A stretch of 64,000 nt of DNA from Candidatus Tayloriibacteriota bacterium (GCA_018883165.1 VEQN01000001.1:21949-85948), one strand, 5' to 3'; positions 19,851 to 29,973 are shown, numbered from the stretch's first letter. Notes: generated from the letters alone by a model not told the origin. Made by a program: numbers and translations.

Positions 19851-21000
19851 GTGAAAGAATAGTTAAAGGGGTAGTTGTAGAATTTATGCCAAGAAAGAGC
19901 TCATCACCTACACACAGAGCAGATGTAACTCTTCCGGAAAGATCCATACCGGTTACTTTCTTTAGATCAGTATCAAATATTTGTAGCTCCTGGTTGGAAT
20001 TCGATGTACCAACAATGTGTTTTTCTTCTCCTGATATGATGATATCAATACTTGAACCAACTTTGGCAGACATTTTTGATATCAATGAATTATCTTCTTC
20101 AGACAAATATGCCAGTTCATCATTTCCTCTACTCCTACCGAAGATGACCCCTTCCTTGTATATATCCAAAGATCTACCATTACCTGAAAAACCAGGCGCA
20201 TCATATGTATATATTTTATTCAACATACCATCCTCAAACTTATACACTTCAATCTCTGGATCAGATGGCCCAAGTACATATACCAAGTCATCAATGGAAT
20301 ACATATCATATATGCCATATCCAGTTTCGATACGTTGTAGGATTCGACAAGAAGTATCTATGACAAATATTTCAGGCCCGTCATTCTTTTCAAACCCAAC
20401 GATTAACATATTTAGAGCTGCTGTAATGACTCTGGGTACTCTTTGATCGTTCCGAACGGTCTTAAGCACACATGAGTTCTGCAAACTCAGACTACTATTT
20501 TGATACGTCACATGTTGCACATCGGAAGACACACCTGTATTCGTGAGATATATCGATGACCCTACGAATGTCATGTCGCTTGTACCCGGACCAGTATGTA
20601 GACTCGCTTGTATGGTTTTAGATATCGGATCAAATACAGCAATGTCATGGTCACTGGTACTTGCCGAGTTTAATGACATGTATATATCCCCACCCAGCAT
20701 CTTCATACTTGAAATGACAGTGGTAGTTCCAAACTGTAGCCCTACTTCAATCTTCTTGAGTACACCAGGATTCTTAAGAAAAGATGTACATATTTTTATA
20801 CCCCCCAGATCTGCTGATCTTCTCAATACACCTGTTACACTTTTTCCTTGAATCTCATGCATTTTAGTAAATATATTTGAGTGCATAGTATTTGATTTTA
20901 AATATACAGATATTTGAAATATCGGAATGCAAATGAGGACCAAGAGACCCATTGCAAGTAATATCTCTAAAATCATGAATCCTTTGTTATGGTGATACAT
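19843..21000 (-). CDS. Large prepilin-like protein (about 385 aa mature) with an extensive, possibly beta-rich, C-terminal domain. Candidate minor pilin or tip adhesin.
   Basis: MYHHNKG|FMILEILLAMGLLVLI prepilin motif, with Glu at +5. The ORF track starts 15 codons earlier, at 21045. The Met giving a 7-aa leader is at 21000. Confidence 0.55.
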   Translation of the reverse strand: MYHHNKGFMILEILLAMGLLVLICIPIFQISVYLKSNTMHSNIFTKMHEIQGKSVTGVLRRSADLGGIKICTSFLKNPGVLKKIEVGLQFGTTTVISSMKMLGGDIYMSLNSASTSDHDIAVFDPISKTIQASLHTGPGTSDMTFVGSSIYLTNTGVSSDVQHVTYQNSSLSLQNSCVLKTVRNDQRVPRVITAALNMLIVGFEKNDGPEIFVIDTSCRILQRIETGYGIYDMYSIDDLVYVLGPSDPEIEVYKFEDGMLNKIYTYDAPGFSGNGRSLDIYKEGVIFGRSRGNDELAYLSEEDNSLISKMSAKVGSSIDIIISGEEKHIVGTSNSNQELQIFDTDLKKVTGMDLSGRVTSALCVGDELFLGINSTTTPLTILSHE

Positions 21001-22021
21001 GTTCAACAATTGAATACATCGGTTGAATAACAGAAAGGGAAACAAAAAGAACTACGCCTGCGATACAAAACATCAACACAGGCTCAACCCATTTCGATAT
21101 CCTTCGGTGAAGCTTTGATATATCTTCGGTATATATCTTTGACAAATATGAAAGTGAGGCATCGAGTCTCCCTGTTGCCTCACCGACCATGGAAAGCTCA
21201 ACCCATGGTGTGTGTTTAAAATATCTAGTTGCTTGAAGTGCGGTGCTTAGTGTCACACCCTGAGATATCATCTCGCACATAATATGCATGTCCTTTTGTA
21301 TTGGAATATACTTTAGATCCTGAAGCACGTTATTCATTGCATCAGCAAGTGATGATTCAGATTTCAACAAGACCTCAAGTGAACGTGATATATGCAATGA
21401 GTAATTGCTAAATATGAATGTGGCTAAAACTGGTACCTTCAAGAACATACTTTGAATATATTCTCTTACAGCAACATATTCACCATACACATATTTCACA
21501 ACATATATTACAAGTACACTCATCAAAAGTATTACCAGGATATTACCTTCTACAAAACCAGTACATAACAGAATGAGTTTGGTAGCGTACGGTACATCAA
21601 CTTTCATTGAAGAAAATATGGGTAATATTTTCGGGAATATGAACGAGACAATTGCATACGACATACAAATTGAAAACAGGAATATGAGTGTCGGATATGT
21701 AATACTCTCAACAAGTTTTCTCCTTACTTCAGCTTTCTTTTCAATATACTCTGCAATTCTCAAGAACCCATTATTAAAATCTCCACTTTTCTCTGCGGAT
21801 TTAATCATCGATATCACAGTTGAATCCCCTCCAACCACATGTACAATATGTACAAAAGACTCAGAAACTGGTTTTCCCTCGAGAATCTTTTCTTTTACAA
21901 TCCCGATACCATTACATATCTTCCGATCTTTAATTTTTCTCTCAATCAGCGTAAGAGCTTCCGGGATGGTCATTGGAACTTGTATGAAATATGACAAATA
22001 CACAAAGAGATCAGCCTTCAT
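20987..22021 (-). CDS. Type II secretion / type IV pilus platform protein (GspF/PilC/ComGB family).
   Basis: Two-repeat polytopic architecture. The cytoplasmic domain and hydrophobic block ITYPTLIFLFSICMSYAIVSFIFPKI are both repeated. It is about 344 aa, similar to ComGB. Confidence 0.75.
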   Translation of the reverse strand: MKADLFVYLSYFIQVPMTIPEALTLIERKIKDRKICNGIGIVKEKILEGKPVSESFVHIVHVVGGDSTVISMIKSAEKSGDFNNGFLRIAEYIEKKAEVRRKLVESITYPTLIFLFSICMSYAIVSFIFPKILPIFSSMKVDVPYATKLILLCTGFVEGNILVILLMSVLVIYVVKYVYGEYVAVREYIQSMFLKVPVLATFIFSNYSLHISRSLEVLLKSESSLADAMNNVLQDLKYIPIQKDMHIMCEMISQGVTLSTALQATRYFKHTPWVELSMVGEATGRLDASLSYLSKIYTEDISKLHRRISKWVEPVLMFCIAGVVLFVSLSVIQPMYSIVEHVSP

Positions 22022-22956
22022 GAGTAATTGCGAATTACGTCTGACAATTCACCAGAAAGCACTTCGTATATCCCTTTCCTGGAAATTAACCTACCCTCAT
22101 CGTCATGAATAGGTACAAGCTGCTGACCGATGACCAGCTGAAGTAGCGGTAACACTCCTTTTGAAACACCAAGATCAATCAATCTCCCCACCACCCCGTA
22201 CGCTTTATCTGCATGAATTGACGCAATTACAAGATGACCAGTAAGTGCTGCTCTGAACGCGAGTTGTGCCGTATCAGTGTCTCTGATTTCACCAATGACT
22301 ATAACCTCAGGATCTTGTCTCAAGACCGCTTTCAAACCTTCAATGAATGGAAACGTTTTTTCTTGAATCTGTATTTGTCTAACACCAGGAACAACATACT
22401 CAACAGGATCTTCAATCGTCACTATATTTTTTCCTTGCTGTGCAAGTTCTTGCACACAGGCATATATTGTCGTTGTCTTACCACTTCCGGTAGCACCAGA
22501 AACCAGTATCATACCTTTACCCCTATCTAGCACATCTTCAAGAAGTGATTGCTGTACCGCAGTGAATCCAAGCGCTTCAAACGAAACGTCCCTTCTGAGC
22601 TTTGGACGGAGTAGTCGTATGACTGCATTTTCACCATAGAATGTTGGAACAATCGAGACTCGCATATCAACACGTTCATTTCTGAATGAGTAGGTACACC
22701 TTCCATCTTGTGCTCTATCGTGTACGTCAGTTCGTATCTTACTCAATACCTTTATCCTTCCGATGATTTCATCCTTGAGTTTCTTATCAATCTCTTCATA
22801 TTTCTCAAGAACTCCAAGTACCCGAAACCGTATCGATACCAATTCTTCTCCAGGGTCAATATGAATATCACTTGCGCCAGCATTACACGCTGCTTCAAAG
22901 ACCGTATGAACAAACGTGCTCATAAGTCCAACATCAGTAAGTACTCTATGCTTCAT
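22018..22956 (-). CDS. Type II/IV secretion ATPase (GspE/PilB/ComGA-like), minimal 312-aa form.
   Basis: ASDIHI, RVSIVPTFYGENAVIRLL (GspE signature), Walker A VSGATGSGKTTT, TIEDPVE (Asp box), Walker B VIVIGEIRD, and the His box ASIHA. It has no N1 domain or tetracysteine motif. It overlaps pilC by ATGA. Confidence 0.8.
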   Translation of the reverse strand: MKHRVLTDVGLMSTFVHTVFEAACNAGASDIHIDPGEELVSIRFRVLGVLEKYEEIDKKLKDEIIGRIKVLSKIRTDVHDRAQDGRCTYSFRNERVDMRVSIVPTFYGENAVIRLLRPKLRRDVSFEALGFTAVQQSLLEDVLDRGKGMILVSGATGSGKTTTIYACVQELAQQGKNIVTIEDPVEYVVPGVRQIQIQEKTFPFIEGLKAVLRQDPEVIVIGEIRDTDTAQLAFRAALTGHLVIASIHADKAYGVVGRLIDLGVSKGVLPLLQLVIGQQLVPIHDDEGRLISRKGIYEVLSGELSDVIRNYS

Positions 22957-23006
22957 GCAGAGAATATACTGAATTCGGATGAAAAACAGATTAAGAAAAT
23001 ATAACT

Positions 23007-23804
23007 TTACAGATCTATACAGTCCGATATATCAAATTGACCAATTCTCGTACGTTTAATATGAAAAGCGATACCTTCTGAACCACACTTTTTCGATATA
23101 TCATTTGCAAGTGTTCTCATGTATGTACCAGATGATGCCGATACTCGAATCCTGAATGCTTTCAACACCTCACTATGTGTACACTTTTTCCATGAATCCA
23201 AGATGGGGCCTTGCCTAAATTCTCCAGAGACCAAAGCATGCGTATTCTCAATTATTGAAAGCACATCCACCATCGAAACAGATCTAGATTCAACATATTC
23301 GATAGAGTGTATATATGAAGTAAAAGTTGGTAATTCCACTTCAGATATCTTACCCTCTTTTGCTAATACATGGAGAGGAACCCCATTTACTGTCTTTGAA
23401 GAGTATGCAGGATACGTACTTGTATATGTACCCACAAATGAATTACATATAGTCTTAAATAGATCATCAGAAATATCCACCGGATTAAAGTATGTTACCA
23501 AACCTAATGTATCCCCTGTATCTGTGGCAACACCAGTGAGCACCTCAACCTCATATACCTTATCCAAAGAAAGAAATTCTTCTCTTCTCTTGTTATAAGC
23601 GCCTGAAAGTACCAAAAGCACACCTTCAGCTAAAGGATCGAGTCTCCCTGCATATGATAAAGGAATATCATTAAGTATCGGATACAACTCACGAAGTCGC
23701 CCCAATGACTCGAGCGGCGTCTCCCCTCGTCTTTTATATACACAAATCAGGCCGTCTACAACACCACGGGCTAAATCGATTGAGGAGATGGTCACAGGTT
23801 TCAT
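23007..23804 (-). CDS. truB: tRNA pseudouridine(55) synthase.
   Basis: Catalytic motif YAGRLDPLAEGVLLV. Confidence 0.8.
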   Translation of the reverse strand: MKPVTISSIDLARGVVDGLICVYKRRGETPLESLGRLRELYPILNDIPLSYAGRLDPLAEGVLLVLSGAYNKRREEFLSLDKVYEVEVLTGVATDTGDTLGLVTYFNPVDISDDLFKTICNSFVGTYTSTYPAYSSKTVNGVPLHVLAKEGKISEVELPTFTSYIHSIEYVESRSVSMVDVLSIIENTHALVSGEFRQGPILDSWKKCTHSEVLKAFRIRVSASSGTYMRTLANDISKKCGSEGIAFHIKRTRIGQFDISDCIDL

Positions 23805-23827
23805 AATACTGTAGAATAATACCTATC

Positions 23828-25069
23828 ATGGCTAAAAACACCAGTCTATCAACCGAAAGCTACAAAGGGGTTAGAGATTTCTACCCTGAGGATATGGCAA
23901 TCCAAAATTATATATTTAACACCTGGAAAAAGACTGTTGAGAAGTTTGGGTACGTGGAATACACAGCATCAATACTCGAACCCGCAGAATTGTATCGAGC
24001 AAAATCAGGCGAAGAAATTGTAAATGAACAAACATATACCTTTGTCGACCGTGGAGATCGAGAAGTTACACTTCGTCCTGAAATGACACCGACCGTTGCA
24101 CGACTCGTAGCTGGTAAAAAAAGAGATTTAGGTTTCCCTCTTCGATGGTACTCAATCCCAAACGTATTTAGATATGAAAGACCACAGCGAGGAAGACTTC
24201 GAGAACACTGGCAACTAAATGTTGATGCATTTGGAGTACCTGGAACAGAAATTGATGTTGAAGCAATTACTCTTGCATATGAAATCATGAAAGCATTCGG
24301 TGCCAATGATTCAGATTTCGGCATTAAGATTAGTAGTCGAAAACTTCTCAATGCAATATTTAGTACTTGGTACGAGCTTGATGAACAGAAATCAAAAGCG
24401 CTACAGAAGCTCATAGACAAGAAGAAGAAAATGCCTGAAGAAGTGTTTGCGGTTGAAGCAGAGAAAATAGTTGGTAAACCATTTTCATTCCTCAATACCC
24501 AAAGTAGTGAATACCAAGAAGCGATGGCAATCCCTGTAATCAGAGAAGCAAAAGAAGAACTGGACTCAATCATTGAAACTCTCAATAAAAGAGGTATTAA
24601 GAATGTTGAGTATGATGAAACACTCATCCGTGGTTTCGATTACTACACAGGTACTGTATTTGAAGTATTTGATACAAACCCTGAAAACAACAGATCTCTG
24701 TTTGGTGGCGGCAGATATGACGAACTTCTTGCACTCTTTGGCGGTGAATCACTCCCCGCTTTTGGCTTCGGTATGGGAGACGTTACGATTCGAGATTTCC
24801 TTGAAACACGAAATCTTCTTCCAAAATACACATCCTCTGCCTCATATATGATTTGCATCATGGACAAATCTGCAACAGACTACGCTGATCAGGTGGCAAA
24901 AGAGCTTAGAAATGAAGGTAAAAATGTCTGCGTAAACTATTCATACAAGTCTATCGGAGACCAGATAAAATCTGCTCTAAAACAATCTATACAATACTGT
25001 ATAGTCATCGGTGAGGATGAGGTAAAAAACAAGACATACACAATCAAAGATTTAACAAAAGAAGCTTAG
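23828..25069 (+). CDS. hisS: Histidyl-tRNA synthetase.
   Basis: GVRDFYPEDM, RWYSIPNVFRYERPQRGRLREHWQLNVDAFG, and GGGRYDEL. Confidence 0.85.
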   Translation: MAKNTSLSTESYKGVRDFYPEDMAIQNYIFNTWKKTVEKFGYVEYTASILEPAELYRAKSGEEIVNEQTYTFVDRGDREVTLRPEMTPTVARLVAGKKRDLGFPLRWYSIPNVFRYERPQRGRLREHWQLNVDAFGVPGTEIDVEAITLAYEIMKAFGANDSDFGIKISSRKLLNAIFSTWYELDEQKSKALQKLIDKKKKMPEEVFAVEAEKIVGKPFSFLNTQSSEYQEAMAIPVIREAKEELDSIIETLNKRGIKNVEYDETLIRGFDYYTGTVFEVFDTNPENNRSLFGGGRYDELLALFGGESLPAFGFGMGDVTIRDFLETRNLLPKYTSSASYMICIMDKSATDYADQVAKELRNEGKNVCVNYSYKSIGDQIKSALKQSIQYCIVIGEDEVKNKTYTIKDLTKEA

Positions 25070-25090
25070 TCATATATATTTGATATTCAT

Positions 25091-25666
25091 ATGCGAAAAA
25101 TTGTTTTAGATATTGAAACTAGAAATACGTTCCAAGAAGTTGGTAAGGCTGACCCTGTCCTTCTTGATATTTCAGTAGTCTGTATATATGACTCAGAAAC
25201 AGATTCATATTCAAGTTACCTACAGGAAAACCTACCCAAACTTTGGCCAATTCTTGAGAAAGCGGACCAGATCATAACATTCAATGGTGATCATTTTGAT
25301 ATTCCGATTCTAAATAAATATTACCCAGGTGATCTTCTCCAAATTAAACAGCTCGACTTACTAAAAGAAGTAAAAAAGAGTTTGGGACACAGAGTGGGCC
25401 TTGGCTCAATTGCAGAAGCAACGCTTGGAGTCGGCAAAAGTGGTCACGGACTCGATGCCATAGAGTGGTGGAAAAAGGGTGAGATTGATAAAATCATCAA
25501 ATACTGTATCGATGATGTAAAAGTAACAAAAGGCGTCTACGAGTATGCTCTTGAGCACAAGAAACTTAAATTTAAGGATGGTACAAATATTGCTGAATTT
25601 GCAATAGATACGACAGGTTGGCAAGATGTTGAAGAGAGTAAAATGACATTTAGCCTCCCGTTCTAG
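25091..25666 (+). CDS. RNase-H-fold 3'-5' exonuclease-like protein (DEDD/PolB-exo-related).
   Basis: Exo I-like VLDIETRN, FNGDHFDIPIL, and a later YCIDDV acidic motif. The assignment rests on motif resemblance only. Confidence 0.4.
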   Translation: MRKIVLDIETRNTFQEVGKADPVLLDISVVCIYDSETDSYSSYLQENLPKLWPILEKADQIITFNGDHFDIPILNKYYPGDLLQIKQLDLLKEVKKSLGHRVGLGSIAEATLGVGKSGHGLDAIEWWKKGEIDKIIKYCIDDVKVTKGVYEYALEHKKLKFKDGTNIAEFAIDTTGWQDVEESKMTFSLPF

Positions 25667-25768
25667 ACAAAACAAATATTTGTTCCCTTATATTCTTCCC
25701 CAGACAAGAACATTTACCCCTATGGTATACTTATCTCATATTTATCAATAATTTGAGTAATACGTAAT

Positions 25769-26530
25769 ATGAATGGAGAGACAAACAAACTCATAGTGCC
25801 AATATCGATAATCGTTGCAGGTGCACTTATCGCTCTTGGTATCTATTTCTCAGGACAAGGTAACACTGATGGAGGTAAAGTAAAGAAAGGTGGCGCACAA
25901 GGAATCATTGAAGATACACTTGGCGAACCAGATCAACCTGAAATTGTAGTAAAACCGGTAACAGCTGCGGACCATATTCGAGGAAGCATTGATGCAAAGG
26001 TTAAAATCGTGGAATATTCAGATACAGAATGTCCATTCTGTAAGCGATATCACGGTACACTTAAGCAAATCTTTGATGAGTACGGTAGCAGTGACAAGGT
26101 AGCTTGGGTATACAGACATTTCCCACTTGATATGCACAAGAAAGCACCTAAAGAAGCTGAAGCTACCGAATGCGCAAACGAAGTTGGTGGCAAAGAAGCA
26201 TTCTGGAAATATATCGACCTTCTGTACGCAACAACAAATGGTAACGACTCACTTGACCTTGCTGAACTTCCAAAGATGGCTGAGAAAGTCGGTCTTGATG
26301 TGAATGCATTCAATACCTGCCTAAACAGTGGAAAGTATGCCGCAAAGATTAACGAAGCAAAGACAGACGGATTTAACGCCGGAGCACGAGGAACACCATA
26401 TACTGTTCTCATAGTTCAAAACGGACGAAAGACAGAGACAGTTCCTTTGGTTGATAGTGAAGGTAATGGACTTGGAGCTCTTCAGTACCCTGCTCTCAAG
26501 AAGATCATCGACAAACTACTCGCACAGTAA
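25769..26530 (+). CDS. Membrane-anchored DsbA-like thiol:disulfide oxidoreductase (thioredoxin fold).
   Basis: N-terminal TM segment LIVPISIIVAGALIALGIYF. CxxC active site ECPFCKRY. The remainder is DsbA-like. Confidence 0.65.
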   Translation: MNGETNKLIVPISIIVAGALIALGIYFSGQGNTDGGKVKKGGAQGIIEDTLGEPDQPEIVVKPVTAADHIRGSIDAKVKIVEYSDTECPFCKRYHGTLKQIFDEYGSSDKVAWVYRHFPLDMHKKAPKEAEATECANEVGGKEAFWKYIDLLYATTNGNDSLDLAELPKMAEKVGLDVNAFNTCLNSGKYAAKINEAKTDGFNAGARGTPYTVLIVQNGRKTETVPLVDSEGNGLGALQYPALKKIIDKLLAQ

Positions 26531-26544
26531 ACAAATCGATGTAA

Positions 26545-26577
26545 TAAAAAACACCAGGCACTCCTGGTGTTTTTTAT
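26545..26577. terminator. Bidirectional terminator.
   Basis: aaaaa-acaccagg-cactc-cctggtgt-tttttatt. Confidence 0.6.
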
Positions 26578-26580
26578 TAC

Positions 26581-29500
26581 TTATATCTTACCTGCCAACA
26601 AATCATCTTCGAATGCTTTGATACCCTCTAAATCCTTGCTGTACCCATCTGTATTTGGAAAATCAAGATTTCGTATCTTGTTATATACAATCAATAGCAG
26701 TTTTTCTACTCGCTCCTTACTCTCCACATCTTCCTCAAGTGACAACTCAGCAATTTGCCCATTCTTCATAGGTTCGACGAATTGTAATATACCTTTCTCA
26801 AACCTATACTTGTCTTTCCATTCACGCGCTTTCTCAATGAGAATGTGATAGAACATCAACTGTCTTCGGTATTCATACAGTTTAATTTCCTCATAAGAAG
26901 AAATGGCTTTCCATTCATTTTTTGGTTTACCGGTTTTGTAGTCAATTACAACAATTCTACCCCCGGGAAGCTCTACACACTTGTCGATCTTTCCTGTAAG
27001 GTGCGCCTCGAGTCCGCCCTCAGAAAGTACAATTCCCTGATCTTTGAAGTTTACTTCCGTCTTATCAGTAGATTTAAACTCGGATATCTTTTGGTCATAG
27101 AATGAGGAGATAGCCTCAACGCCACGCTCACTAAACAAGTCAAAATCAGCTGGTGCCAATCTTTCTCTTCGAAGATATTCCAAGAACCACTCTGTGCAAG
27201 TTTCCTTACTCACCACTTCGCCATCAAATCTAAGCTTTACCGATATTCTCTCTAGCGTATTATGTATCGCCGTACCGTATGCACTCGAAGGTGTCTTTGC
27301 CTGTGGGAACCTGAGTAAATTCTGTTCTAGAAAGATTTGAGGGCCACCCTTGGTTACATTCAAAAAGTTGTTCAAATGCGTTACAGAGAGCTTGTAGTCC
27401 TCTAGGAGTGATTTTAGAAGCTCTTCTTCTTCACCCATGAATGGTGGAGTGTGGTACAAAAGCCATGATGATGTGAGGAGTTCATGGGTTTCAGGCGTAT
27501 ATATGGTTCCGAATTCTTTTTCCATTGGAGCTTCAGTCTCTTCTTGCTCGGTTAAGAATCTTAGCTTTTGAGATTCTCGACCATCATCTTTGACTTTGTA
27601 TGATGTGATATACAGGTTACTTTTTGCTCGAGTCAGTGCTACGTAGAACAAACGAAGCTGATCATCTTCCGTATCACCAGCCGGCTCAATCGGAAGGTTA
27701 CTTGGTAATGATATTCTCTTTGGGGCGCCTCGCCCTGCCCACACCTCATCTTGGCACGAGAGTACGAATACCGTATTGAACTCTAAACCTTTTGCTTTGT
27801 GTGCAGAAAGTAGACTTACTGCTTTTGCAGAGTTTGCAAATGGACTCAGGTCATTGAGTGGAATGTTGTTTGTGGTATGCATATCCACAAACTCAATCAT
27901 GTCTTTCACATGAAGCTGCTCCATTGCCCCATCTCTTCCCTTGTATTCTCGGAGAGCTCTCACAAAGACTCGAAGACTCGACAAGAAAGAGAGGTATTCA
28001 GCTCTGGCATGTTCGAATCTTTCTTTACTAAAATAGTATGACTTGAATGTACTCACATACACATTAGGTGAGAGAGGTTGTTGTACTAATTCTTCCTCAT
28101 CCTCTTCGGACTCACGAATGAGTTCAACATGCGCACCGATAAGTGTGTCTAATATTTTCTCGAGCGGCAGTACCTCTGCTTCTGCTCCTGTGGTTATGAA
28201 AAAGTCAGCAATACGTTTAAGCTCGGCATCTTCGAGCATGCACTCAAGCCACGATTTACCTTCCTTGAAAGACTTCTTTGAGAGATTCCAAATCTTGATT
28301 CTCGGGATCTCGAAAAATGGGAATGCTAATATCTTTGGCAGATATTCATCTGCCTCTACCATGTTCTTTGATGATATTGAATGTATGAATCTCCCAAGAA
28401 GTATGAGCTGTTCGATATGTGGTTCAAGGAATACATTCTGTTCACGCTCATATCTAATCGGCACACGTGCACCTTGAAGAAAAGGAACTAATGCTTCAAG
28501 ATATGCATGCTTCCTTGCAATGACTGCAATTTCTTCTGGTGGTACCCCTGAATCAATGAGAGACTTAATCCTTCTGGATACATAGTGTGCCTCATGGAGA
28601 CTAGTATCAAATACCTTGTGAATTATTTCACCTTTCTTTAGTGATGTATTTGAAGAAACCAAAGATTTTTCAAACGCAGGTAAGATATTCTCAAGTCTAC
28701 TTTCACCCTTTCTAATGATTGCGGTTGCAATATCAAGTATATCTTGTGTAGAACGATAGTTTTCAACCATATTTACCACTTCAACGTCTTTGTACATATC
28801 TTTGAAATTCAATATGTTTGACAGTTCAGCACCTTGAAACTTGTATACAGCTTGATCATCATCACCCACCACCATTATATTCGGCCTCCCCTCATGTACT
28901 GGCGCATCTGCAATGAGTGACAATATCTTCATCTGAGCATTGTTTGTGTCCTGAAACTCATCGACTAATATGTATTGATATTGCTCCTGTAGATCAAACT
29001 TAAGTCTTGGGTGTTTCTGGATCGCTTCAATTACATCAAGGATCATATCATCGAAATCAAAGAGGCATTTTTGGTGCATCACATTCCTGTACTCCTCATA
29101 TATATGCTGTACAGACATCATCTTTTCAAGAGACAATAGGTCTTTGATGGTTTTCTCTCCTTCATCTGTGTTTTTGAACCACTTAGTTTTCCATTTAGAA
29201 ATCGGCTCATTTTTTTCGATCTTCTCTGCAGTATCCAGTGCTTCTGCAAGCGTCTTAACCACAACAGTTTCGAGACTTGGAAATTCTCCGATATATTTAT
29301 TATCATCTAATGCATCAAGAGCTTTTTGAAATTCACCAATCGTTTCTTTCCCCACACGCTTCTCCACTATCGGCACTAGCACATCATTGATGTGAACTAT
29401 TGACTCCCCGTTTCGTTCAAGTATCTCCTTAAGTTTAGATGGTGTGATTCCTGCTTTCTTCAGATATCCAATAACCTTGAGTACATCTTGCAGAAAAATA

Positions 29501-29931
29501 TACCCCTCTTCTGGGTGACTAGCTTTTAAAGGATCTTTGTATGGCAACGTATCGAATATTGATTCTAATATTCCAATTTGTGAAATCTGATCTGCAGGAC
29601 TAAATATTGCACCTTTGTAGAAAAACTCTGGGTACTTCTGGATGATATCAACTGAGAAACTATGGAATGTATGTATTGATACTCGATATGCTTCTGTCCC
29701 GATGAGCTTTGAAAGTCGCTCTCTCATATTTACTGCAGCGGAGTCTGTGAACGTGAGACACAGAATATTTGAAGGAGAAGCTTGAGTCTCCTTCAAAATT
29801 TTTGCCACACGAAGTGAAAGAATTTCTGTTTTTCCAGACCCAGGACCTGCAACAACAAGAAGTGGACCTTCGATGGTGTCTACCGCTTTCTTTTGTGCTT
29901 TGTTTAATTTTTTATATCGTTCTTCAAACAT
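26581..29931 (-). CDS. UvrD/PcrA-family helicase fused to a C-terminal PD-(D/E)xK (RecB/Cas4-like) nuclease domain. AddA-like helicase-nuclease.
   Basis: N-terminal Walker A VVAGPGSGKTEILSLRVAKIL, VDEFQDTN, and a UvrD C-terminus. The final roughly 150 aa include GKIDKCVELPGGRIVVIDYKTGK, a nuclease core. Confidence 0.8.
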   Translation of the reverse strand: MFEERYKKLNKAQKKAVDTIEGPLLVVAGPGSGKTEILSLRVAKILKETQASPSNILCLTFTDSAAVNMRERLSKLIGTEAYRVSIHTFHSFSVDIIQKYPEFFYKGAIFSPADQISQIGILESIFDTLPYKDPLKASHPEEGYIFLQDVLKVIGYLKKAGITPSKLKEILERNGESIVHINDVLVPIVEKRVGKETIGEFQKALDALDDNKYIGEFPSLETVVVKTLAEALDTAEKIEKNEPISKWKTKWFKNTDEGEKTIKDLLSLEKMMSVQHIYEEYRNVMHQKCLFDFDDMILDVIEAIQKHPRLKFDLQEQYQYILVDEFQDTNNAQMKILSLIADAPVHEGRPNIMVVGDDDQAVYKFQGAELSNILNFKDMYKDVEVVNMVENYRSTQDILDIATAIIRKGESRLENILPAFEKSLVSSNTSLKKGEIIHKVFDTSLHEAHYVSRRIKSLIDSGVPPEEIAVIARKHAYLEALVPFLQGARVPIRYEREQNVFLEPHIEQLILLGRFIHSISSKNMVEADEYLPKILAFPFFEIPRIKIWNLSKKSFKEGKSWLECMLEDAELKRIADFFITTGAEAEVLPLEKILDTLIGAHVELIRESEEDEEELVQQPLSPNVYVSTFKSYYFSKERFEHARAEYLSFLSSLRVFVRALREYKGRDGAMEQLHVKDMIEFVDMHTTNNIPLNDLSPFANSAKAVSLLSAHKAKGLEFNTVFVLSCQDEVWAGRGAPKRISLPSNLPIEPAGDTEDDQLRLFYVALTRAKSNLYITSYKVKDDGRESQKLRFLTEQEETEAPMEKEFGTIYTPETHELLTSSWLLYHTPPFMGEEEELLKSLLEDYKLSVTHLNNFLNVTKGGPQIFLEQNLLRFPQAKTPSSAYGTAIHNTLERISVKLRFDGEVVSKETCTEWFLEYLRRERLAPADFDLFSERGVEAISSFYDQKISEFKSTDKTEVNFKDQGIVLSEGGLEAHLTGKIDKCVELPGGRIVVIDYKTGKPKNEWKAISSYEEIKLYEYRRQLMFYHILIEKAREWKDKYRFEKGILQFVEPMKNGQIAELSLEEDVESKERVEKLLLIVYNKIRNLDFPNTDGYSKDLEGIKAFEDDLLAGKI

Positions 29932-29973
29932 ATAACATCTGTATTATATCTCGTATCGTATACAAAAGCAGAC

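Noticed and set aside
22234-23004. Plus-strand ORFs of about 98 aa at 22234-22530 and 22708-23004.
   Set aside because: Both are antisense within the GspE-like ATPase gene. They are spurious.
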